From NCBI GenBank assembly GCA_013239625.1, contig MU054117.1, positions 4,764,677 to 4,796,190 on the forward strand: 31,514 nucleotides of DNA, in the 5' to 3' direction. The position numbers and the translations under genes were made by a program. The DNA is from Lama guanicoe. Lineage: Eukaryota. Below the pieces are notes generated by a model. It ran no database searches, was not told where the DNA came from, and worked only from the letters and a program-made list of their open reading frames with translations. Below, piece after piece: positions 20,120 to 31,514 of this stretch (position 1 is the stretch's first letter; each line of letters opens with the position of its first letter).

Positions 20120-20320
20120 TTAGAGTTCAAGCCAAGGGGAAGGAGAGTGGTAGAGAAGGGATCACCCTTCTACTGGGGGTGTTGGAATCCCAGCAAGGAC
20201 TGTGCCACATGGAGCCCAGGCACCTGGTCTGTGGCCAGCTCCCCGCATTCTGATACGCCTAATGTGAAGGCCCCAACCTGACATAAGGCAACAACCTCTC
20301 CACTGACTAAGGCACCCTCA

Positions 20321-20620
<300 letters not shown>

Positions 20621-20681
20621 CTATTGTCTCTCTGGGCCGACAGAACAGTGTTTCCATGCTTCCTCTGACTTCAACATTCTA

Positions 20682-21029
<348 letters not shown>

Positions 21030-21085
21030 TTAGAAGAGATTCCAGAAGCACTCTCCATCCCCTGCCCCCAAGACCCTCTTGTTTA

Positions 21086-21253
<168 letters not shown>

Positions 21254-21389
21254 CTAAGGGAATCTGAGTTGAAACTAAGGCCTTCAAGACCTTAAGTTTG
21301 AGAGAGTTAAGAGGAGATCATCAGAAAGAGGCGGGGAGGACATGTTCTAAGGGGCAGAAGAGGACCTGGGAAACAGGGCACAGAAGTTA

Positions 21390-21680
<291 letters not shown>

Positions 21681-21816
21681 CTACACACATGCTGACCTCA
21701 GGACAGCCCTGAGGCCGTGCCCAGGCCCTGGCCCACCACTCCAGGGCAAGGATTGGAGGCCTCCAGCCCCTCAGAGCTCAGCCCTTTTTCCTCTCACTCC
21801 CCATAACACCCAGTCA

Positions 21817-22224
<408 letters not shown>

Positions 22225-25040
22225 CTATACGTCCACTGGGGCAGCTGAATCAAGCTGCTTACAGTTAACCAAATAAGAGAAATAGATCTAATTCTGCAAC
22301 TGGCCACCAACTACTCTGTAAACCAAGAAATGAGAATGAAAGATCCTACCCAGAAGGCAGAAACTAAAGAATACACCTTCACCACATTTCCAGAACGGTG
22401 TCTGCTCAGGGGTCCCAGAAACCACACCCTTTGCTACTCCCTCTGGGTCATCACTGCTCAGAACAACCAGAACCTCCAAGCCCCAGGTCCAGCTGCCAGC
22501 CCAGGATCTCACCCACTCCCAACACAATTTCCTTCCCCCTCCAGCTCCACTGTTCCTCCCCAGCTTCTCCTGGGTCAGTAGCCTCTTCTCCCCAGGGGCC
22601 CAAATCAGCCCAGCTGTCACCATCCCCCCCACCTTCCGCCCATCTGGCTCCACCTCCTCCCCTGGCTGGGCACACACACAAAGCCTGGGGTAACACTCAG
22701 TGCTCCTGGGCGGGCATAGGTGGGAAGGGGCATGGGGGTTGGGGGAGAAGGCCAGGAGGCAGCTTCCTTTGTAAAAAGACATTCACACCAGTTCCCTCCT
22801 CCCTCTTCTCCTTCTTCCCAAGCCACCCCCACCCAAGGAGGGGGAGTGGAGAAGGGAGTGCAGGGAAGGAGGGAGGGCCTCGCCCACTGAGGAGAGGGAA
22901 AATGGCTCCTGACCACAGAAGCCAGCCCAGGGCACCCAGCTGCCAACAGAGGACAGACAGGAAGTGGCAGGGGAGGGGGTGGGGTTGAGAGAGGTAGCCG
23001 GGGAAAGACTACTCTCTCACATAAGACTTCCCAAATTATTACCTGGCCCCAGGTCCCGATGCCATCTCTCCTGACACCTACTCTGGGATGACTGTGTTCT
23101 CAAGAGGCCATTCTAACGTCCTAGGCTGGGAAACCCAAGACAACCTGAAGGGCAGCACCAGGGGAGGGACTGACTTCCTCCTGCCATCATTATTCTCTCA
23201 ATCATCAGAGCTGAGACCTAACAGAGCTCAGGGAAGCTGTGGTTGGAGCCCACCACCTTCCTTCTGACACCCAAAAGGTGTACCTTGAAGAATGGGAGCC
23301 CACAAGATGTCTCTGAAACTCATTTTTCTCATCGCCCCCACCCAGAGTGCAGGCCATAGAACCTAGACCACTTCTTACAGCGGAGGTAGCCACCTGTCCA
23401 ACATGTGGGAATCACATGTCCACACCAGCAAAAAGCAGCAGCACCCAGAGAGTGGTGGACCACAGCATGTATCCTTCACTCCTACACATGCGCTCAGCTC
23501 CTGACCCCCCAAAATGGCCCTAAAATGCCTCTAGCTCCGCCCTTCCTGTGCACGGCAGATCCTAGAGAACAGGAGACATCAGGCTGGACAAAGCACCATC
23601 AGCCTTCCCCTTTCCTTCAGCCCAGGATCAGGCCAAGACAGCTCCTCCCATTCCCTTGGGAAGGGAACACCAGCCTGGATCTCACCAGAAAGAATCATTT
23701 TCTTAAGGGCTTCTCCCCATCAATCCCCATATGGCCCCCTTCGCCAATCAGCCATGTCTCTGGGTTCTTCCTCTTCATCACCTCCGTAAAAGCTGGAAGT
23801 GGACACAAGGACAAACCCATGGAGGCAAAGGGGACACACTGCCATCCACATAAGACCCTCCAACGTCTCAGGCAGATGTGCTGACATGGCAACGGCACAC
23901 TGGCTGAGACATAGAGGAAGATTTGGGAAAGGGGCCGGAATGGGGTGTGGCAAGTGGAAAAACTGGGTCATGCTACAGCTTGGGGCAGAGTTCACCCTGG
24001 GAGCTGCACAGCTCCCAATCAACACAGGGGCAGCCCCAGACCCAGGGACCAATGGGAAGCCAAGATGTGGAGCCAACATCGGGTGGATGGCGCTGCTACT
24101 TCTCCTGCCCCTCACAGAAAGGACAGGATCACCTCACCACTACCACCACCCTGCCCCCTCCTCAGGCAACAGCGCAGAAATTCACCAGTTTGCCCTACAC
24201 AGTAATGAGACTCAAGCCTGTTTCTCATCCCAACAGCTTAAGATTCAATAACAAGACTGACCCTCTCCTAAGTGGCCTCAGGCTGAAGTGAAGCGCCAAA
24301 TGTGGAAACATCTCTCCCAGACCACCTCAACTTGCAGCTGGAGCTAAGAAGAGAAGGCAAAAGTGAAAGCTGTTCCACGGGAAACAAAATAGGACCAGCA
24401 GGCTCCAGAATTAAAAATCTAAACAGAGATGAAAAAACAGCTTGTGGGAAAAACAAAGCTAGGAGAAAAGATCAAGGAAGCAAGAAGGTGACTAACCTAG
24501 GGACTCTGAAGAAAGACAGAGGACAGAGACATCCACTTAGAAATATGACATCCGTCATCATTTGAGGTATCAAGAACCACTCCAATCAGGCAGGCTGGTT
24601 ATATCCATACGGGTTTGGCCAGTCCAAGGAGCCACCCCAAAACACAGACCAAGGAGCACAACCCCCAACACACCTACGCACACAGTTCACACCACCAGCC
24701 CAAAAATCCCCAAGCTACCTGCACGGAGGCAAAAGCCTCTAGGGAAAAAAGCCAGGACTAAGTCCACAAGCCAGGAGAAGAGGAGCGCCCAGGGTGTCAG
24801 CTCCCTTCTCTTTGCCCTCCTAGTACATCCTGCAGGGCATTACATCCTACCCCTTGCCCCGCTCAAAACATTTCCACAATCTGCCTGCCTAAAAGTGCTC
24901 TAGATCCCAGCTGCGGAGCGCAACAATTCAAACTTCACACAGTTGAAGCAGCACAGAAAGCCGGTAACTGATCAGAAGCAAAAATAATTAGAGTAACCAG
25001 TACTCCCTTTCCTTTCCACAGCAGCAACCACAGGATCCTA

Positions 25041-25640
<600 letters not shown>

Positions 25641-25703
25641 CTGTTCTGGGGAGGGGGGAGAGAAAGAGAACAGTCAGTGACGCGCACGGCCCCCTCCCCC
25701 ACC

Positions 25704-25791
25704 NNNNNNNNNNNNNNNNNNNNNNNNNNNNNNNNNNNNNNNNNNNNNNNNNNNNNNNNNNNNNNNNNNNNNNNNNNNNNNNNNNNNNNNN
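25704..25791. other. Assembly gap (88 N)
   Basis: N run between C-rich and poly-G tracts in intron 1. Confidence 1.
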
Positions 25792-26327
25792 NGGGGGGGG
25801 GGGTGCCAAGGGAGACGACCGGAGGAGAGGCGCTCGGGGACACAAGGTGACTTGGGGGTGGGGGGGCGCCTCCCTGCGCCTGGGGAGGGGCCAGTCCCCA
25901 GACAGGGCAGCTCTCCAAAAGCTGCCCTCTGGGACAACTCGGGTTCTCCGGAGGAGCCGCGGGGCCGCGGGGGCGTGGAGGCTCAGCGCTCCGGGGGGCT
26001 GCAGGCAGTGGCTTGGGGGGGGGGGAGCTCCCACCGGGCAGGGGGCCGGGCCACGTGTCCTGGGGGGCAACTGAGCAAAGGGCGAGGGGGTGCGCCGGGC
26101 ATTGTGGGCCACTAAGCCCGAGGTGGGAGTCGCGAGGAGCGAGACTCAGGCTGGGCGAGGGCGGGGGCTGGGCGCCCTGCAGGGACTGGAGAGGCAGGGT
26201 CTGCTCCCAGGGCAGGGGGCGGTCCGCGGGTCCGGGGACGCCTGAGAAGCTAGGGTGTGGAGGGATGACCCTCGGGGCTGGTCGAACTGCGAGGGCCGTC
26301 TCTCTGGGAACCCCGCGCTCTCCTCAC

Positions 26328-26415
26328 CCCGGAGCCGCCGCAGGTCGCGCTGGGTCCGGCCCGGTGTCACTCCCGCTCCGGCTCCTCCTCGCCGCGGCCG
26401 AAGGGGGGAAAATGG
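26328..26415 (-). other. CHD4: CHD4 non-coding exon 1 (TSS approximate)
   Basis: CCATTTTCCCCCCTTCGGCCGCGG...GGCTCCGGG|gtgagg donor; resembles the recalled 5' end of mammalian CHD4 mRNA. Confidence 0.8.
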
Positions 26416-26496
26416 CTCCGGCTCCGGCGTCGCCTCTTAAAGGGCCCGAAACACCGGCCGGGAAATCCCACCGCACAGGCCCCGCCCCCCCACGGA

Positions 26497-27797
26497 CAGC
26501 CCATAATAACCTCAACCAACTCCAACCCCCCCTCCACTACCGCCACCCTCCTCCCTAGGTCTCCCGGGCAACCCCCGCCCCCTCGTCGCTCAGGCNNNNN
26601 NNNNNNNNNNNNNNNNNNNNNNNNNNNNNNNNNNNNNNNNNNNNNNNNNNNNNNNNNNNNNNNNNNNNNNNNNNNNNNNNNNNNNACCCCCCCACGCACA
26701 TACACTCCATACACATATATGCCAGGGCTATTGACTAACCCTTTACCCCCCCAGACATCCCATAATAGACATCCTTTGCCAACTTCTTCACTCTTGGCCC
26801 TAATGCTAACATCCCATAATAATTCGTCACCTCTCCCTCCCCATGGCCATCCCATAATAAGCACCCCTCCCAGCCCTTCAGCCTCACATCCCATAATACT
26901 CATCCCCATCCCCCACACACATCCCATAATAACCACTTTTCATCCACCCCCAGATTGATATCCCATAATAGTCAGAAACTCACCCCCCCAACAACGGACA
27001 CTTCGGCCTCCTCCCACACACATCCCGTAATAATCAGTCTCCCACTTTCTATACTGACATCCCATAATAACCAACCCCCTGGAGCTGCCCTCAGCCCCTG
27101 CAGGCTAGATCCTCACAACCAGACCCCTAGCTTCACATACTCATTCTAGCTCCACAGCCAATAAAAACCACTCCCCCCGTCAAAAAGATATCCCATGATG
27201 ATCAACAGCCCTACTGTCACCTCACAGATGGACATCTAATCTCCTTTTCTCTAACACTGGAAAGATATCCCATAATTTTACCCCAGTATCCACACCCTGA
27301 CATCCCATAATAATTGCAAAGGACCCGTGGTCAACGAGACATACCATAATACTCCCAGGACAACCCAGAGTCACATCCCATAATGCTTCAATCCCCACTC
27401 CACCACCCCTATACCTTTCCAGGCAGACATCCCATAATAGTCATATTCCTACCTCCCCCACCTCCAGAGGCTGTCAGTCTATTCTGACACCCACACCAGC
27501 AAGGGTGAAGCAGGCTACCCACACTGCCCTGTCCCCACCCCAACCTGTGCGCACCTTAATGGGCCAAAGCAGTATCCTGGCACAAAGCCTCTTGATGTCT
27601 AGGACAGACCCTAGCTTCCCTCATTCATCATTTCCAGACATGCAGGAACTGAGAGTCAACCTAGTGCCCCACCCAAAACTAGATATTCTCCAGATACTTA
27701 CTGACAGTTAAATTTTGAGTTAAGACCAACCAAATACCATGTAAGTGAGACAAGCCATTCACATAAAGTTTAGTTGACCCCAGAGCATCCCATAATA
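26497..27797 (+). promoter_or_regulatory. Proximal ZNF410 binding-site cluster (CATCCCATAATA array)
   Basis: 9 perfect copies (26756, 26810, 26848, 26887, 26920, 27058, 27301, 27428, 27786), 5 with one mismatch (26497, 26959, 27021, 27340, 27374), 2 more degenerate (27189, 27266). Confidence 0.93.
26596..26685. other. Assembly gap (90 N)
   Basis: N run inside the promoter / motif cluster. Confidence 1.
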
Positions 27798-29596
27798 ATT
27801 ACAAACTCCCATCTAAAGAGTATTTCTCAGCATTCCAGCAATCCTCTTCCCACACCCCTGCCCAGGTCAAACGGTCCATTCTAACCTTAGGCCACTCCTA
27901 AGGATGGATAATCCCACCATGGTGTGAACGGAGGATCCTGCTACATACTCATGAAGAGTCAAGACCTGCTCTCCCTCTTCTCACTGTACTTACATTCAAG
28001 CAAGGCACAGAGCTGGGCACTGTAGGGGGTGCAAGGACCATGGGTGCCTCCCTCCCTTCAAGAAGCCTAAACAACCAAACTACAAGAAGAGATAGACTGT
28101 GTGGTGTCAACAGACATTCTGAGTGCTATTTCCTAATTTCCTGTTACAGAGAATAAAATAAATCCCAACTGATCTCAGGAGAAATCAGATCCCAGTAGAG
28201 GTTCTTGGCGGTCCTGCTGGAGGCAGGAAGGTCTTTCAAAAGGATTTACAATATGGATGGATGGTCATATAATCTCCTATCTGTTCCCTACATACTAAGG
28301 ACTTTTGACTGGAATAGCAGTGTTCATCCACCCAGCGCTTCTAATACTGAAATCCTATAATATCATCAGGTGCCTCCTTCTTGAGAGACTCATCAACGGG
28401 CCAGAATTGTTTTCCTCATGTTTGAACACCAAATTCTGCTTACCCTCAATGTGCCGTATTTCTCATTCATATCCTTTCTCATTTTATATCCTAAAATCTC
28501 GTAATACTTTCAACTGCCCCCATCCTCAGCTTGTTGAGGCCCCATTTTCCACCTAATAATAACCTCATCATTGTAAAATATTCACCCACTTCCCCTCCCG
28601 TGTACAAGTAAACATTCCAGAATGCCTTCTTCGTTCATTATGCCACAGGTAGCCTCCCAACATATACCATCCCCTTCCCTAAGCCGCTGCAGGGACCCAG
28701 CAGCCACTCCAGGGACCCAGCCTGAGAACGTCGGAAAGCCCAATCTTAAAATCCTTTGACCCTTAGAGAACCTGAGCCCAGAGAACCAGGACCCCCAGAA
28801 AACCAATGTCCCGGGACCATCTCTTTGCTGCGCCCACTCCGGAGTCCAAAGTCAGATATTGTCTTCCTCTACTCTCCCGTGCCTTTTCCACACAAGTCCA
28901 AGACCTGTAGCAGTAGGACAGGTTGAAGAGAAACTGGAGCTTCCTCCTAGGAGAGGCCCTTCCCGACCAGAAGTGAGTGGGATGAACTTTACATCATCTC
29001 TGCTTTGCCCCTCTAATCTCAGTTCCCTAGAGAAAGGGCCTGGCCAGATGACTCTCCCTCCTCTGGGACCACTGGACTGGAGAACTGGCAAGGAGAGGGG
29101 AGTTCAGGAGAAGCAAGAGCCTGCTTCAGGAAATCACCATCCCTACGCTTCCAAGAGGAGCACCAATGATGCTGAGAAGTCTTTACCCCAGCCCCTGCTG
29201 GACTTAATTTTCCAGACCACCCCTTTGGCATATCCACTGTGGCAGACAGGCTGTCTCCCCCATTCTGCAAGGCTGCCTGGTCTTCTCATTCGATTTTCTT
29301 GACAACCAGATTGGGCCCCATTCATTTGTGCAAACTCTGTCCCATGCTTATTCTGAGTACCAGGATCAACCCTTGTGCTCCTTACTTGGGGGACAGGACG
29401 CAACTCTTTTATTAAGATAACATAATGTGGGGACACCTCCTTTCAAGAAGTTTCTCATTTGTATACAGACCTGCCAGATACCTGGTATGCCCTCCTCTCT
29501 CCCCATGTCTCTAGGGGATCCAGCCTGCCTCTGGGCCTCAAATTCCCTTCTGTAATGTCTCCATCTGCCCCATACCCTCTCTTTCCTATGTTTGTA

Positions 29597-29618
29597 TGTG
29601 TGTGTGTGTGTGTGTGTG
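29597..29618. repeat. (TG)11 microsatellite
   Basis: Direct reading of the sequence. Confidence 0.95.
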
Positions 29619-30832
29619 TATACATATACACACCACATTACTACAGTGATTCATAATATAAACCAGGAAGAGAGTTTTGTAACTGGGTAGTCACAGCCTC
29701 TTGCCTGTGATTACAAACATGGTACCTTTTGTCCACCACAACCCCTCTGCCTCATCCCTGCAGATTCAACCCACTCATCCCCTGGTTCCTCTTACTCCTC
29801 ACCTCTCCCTGATACCAGCACAAGGAGCAGGTTAAAGTCCCTTACTCTCTTCTTGAGTTCTAGAGAGGGCTCGGATGTGTGTGTCTGTGTGATGCTTTTG
29901 TGGTCCTTATGCTTCTACTCCCCCTCTCCCTACCCTCGCCCGTGCTATCCTCCCAGATAAATTATAAATAAACCACCAGCATGATTGGCCCACAGAGACT
30001 AAGGGTGGGATAATCTCCTGATTAATGCACCCAGGGGGACAGCCTCTCTAGCCTGTTACCTTAGAGTTCTGTTTCTGTCCCATGGTACAGAAAAACCTAG
30101 AATAACACTCAAGATTAAGTTGTCCATGGAGTTTTCAGCACATGCTTTATAGTTTCTCTCTCTGCATCTCTGTTCTGTGTGAGCCCCGGAAACTCTGCTC
30201 ATAATACATCTAAGGGACCAGTGTTCTCCTGCTCTGTCAGAAAGGGGGTCTGGGAAGGCGACATAGGACAAAAAAGCCAGAGTGACAGGGCACTCTGATG
30301 ACCAGACAGGATGCAGGTGGTGCAGGGATGGGGGTGGGAACCACCCAAACATGTGTCCCTCAGGTGCCAACCCAGTCTCAGCTCCTCAGGGGTGACTGCA
30401 AGGTGGCAGAGCTCCCCTGGACAGACCCCTACTGAGCTACAGTCCCAAAGCTCAAACCTAGGAAGGCAGGGAGAGAGGGGTACTTGGTGCTGCGGTCACC
30501 CGGGAACACTGCTCCCTCGGGTGCCACACGGGCACAGCCAGAACCCAGGCCTCCTCATTGCAGGCCCTGGACTCGGCAAACCTCTAGCTCACAAGCTTTT
30601 TAGGGACCCAGGTGTCCAGGGTTCAGAGTTGGCTAGCGCTTGCCTGCCCCCGGGGCCCCTCCAAACAGCTGTCACTGAAGAACCTCTCCAGCCAGTCACT
30701 CTTGCCAGGCCTCAGGTCTGGCTCCAGGGCTCACCCCACCCTCCCCAGCTCCTTCCCTCCCTCTTCCTTCCTTTCCTTCCCCCTCCCCCCCCCCCACAGC
30801 TTCCCCTTCCCCGGCCAGCCCCACCCAGGGCA

Positions 30833-31469
30833 CATCCCATAATAATCCTTCTCCTTGCTAGCCCCCACCCCCCCAAAAAAGAGAGGCGGCCATCCCATAA
30901 TAGCCACCCACAAGAGACATTCCGCGGTGACCGCCCCCTCCCTGCAGAGCTGCCGGAGCAGCCATCCCATAATAGCTGGCCGCCTGTTTTACTGGTTACG
31001 GCTGTGGAGGGAGCTGGAGAGGAAATGGAGGGGAAGGGGGAGGGGAGGAGGACCAAGAGCCCCCACTTTGTGGTAGCGAGGTAGAAGGGAAGGAGAGCGT
31101 CCCAAGGGGATAGGGAGCCCAGGGGAGGCCGTGCAGGTGGGAGATGTGGTCTATGGCCACCACAAGCCTGCTTTGGGACCTTCTCCCCATCCCCAGGGGC
31201 TGCCTTTCCCTCTCAGCATCCGGGAGGTGGCTGCTAGTTAGGGGAGATGCCCAGGAAGGGTTGAGGTGCCCAAAGAGCTAGTGTGGGGATGGATTTCAGG
31301 TGTTCCCCTTGGGCCATTTGAGAGAGAGGGCAGACCTTAGAGAGGATGGCAAGAGAGTCAGGGGTGGGGGGGTTGGAGAAGAGCTCCTCAGGCCCTCCCC
31401 ATTCTGCACCACCATCCCATAATAATCCCCCAGCCCCACTCCCCCTCCCACACACGACATCCCATAATA
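30833..31469 (+). promoter_or_regulatory. Distal ZNF410 binding-site cluster (CHD4 upstream enhancer), probably truncated by the window end
   Basis: 5 perfect CATCCCATAATA copies at 30833, 30891, 30963, 31413, 31458. Confidence 0.9.
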
Positions 31470-31514
31470 TCTTCTGGAGAAGCAGTCCCCGCAGTAGGTA
31501 CAAAGAGCTAAGAG

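Noticed and set aside
26756..27439. CRISPR-like array (repeat with unique spacers at a ~37 bp period)
   Set aside because: The repeat is only 12 bp, spacing is irregular, there are no cas genes, the context is a mammalian promoter, and the motif matches a known zinc-finger site.
28351..28362. AATCCTATAATA as an additional ZNF410 site
   Set aside because: Two mismatches including the CCC core and isolated from the cluster, so not counted.
30311..31084. 257-aa plus-strand ORF as a novel gene
   Set aside because: Low-complexity Pro/Leu/Ser translation of GC-rich enhancer DNA; recurring 'SHNS/HPII' peptides simply reflect the DNA motif; no domain or splice support.

Overview
This is mammalian genomic DNA, not prokaryotic; the L1 3' ends suggest a cetartiodactyl, possibly a camelid. 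The minus strand carries almost the whole CHD4 (Mi-2beta, NuRD remodeler) gene. It comprises non-coding exon 1 (~26328-26415), the ATG in exon 2 (25562) and 38 coding exons down to exon 39 (112-275). These splice in consistent phase to 5721 nt = 1907 codons; the last exon lies left of the window. Intron 31 hosts the H/ACA scaRNA SCARNA11 with intact U5 guide elements. Upstream of the promoter are two dense, single-orientation clusters of CATCCCATAATA (14 perfect copies plus variants), the ZNF410 site arrays described for human CHD4. Less expected features: a perfect 48-bp tandem duplication across the exon 37 donor (potential in-frame 16-aa insertion), a U12-type donor in intron 36, a candidate 17-nt frameshifting microexon in intron 25, several in-frame alternative splice options, and nested transposons including two different L1 3' ends inside one 15-bp target-site duplication. 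Repeat family names and comparisons with human come from recalled sequences, not from a database search.
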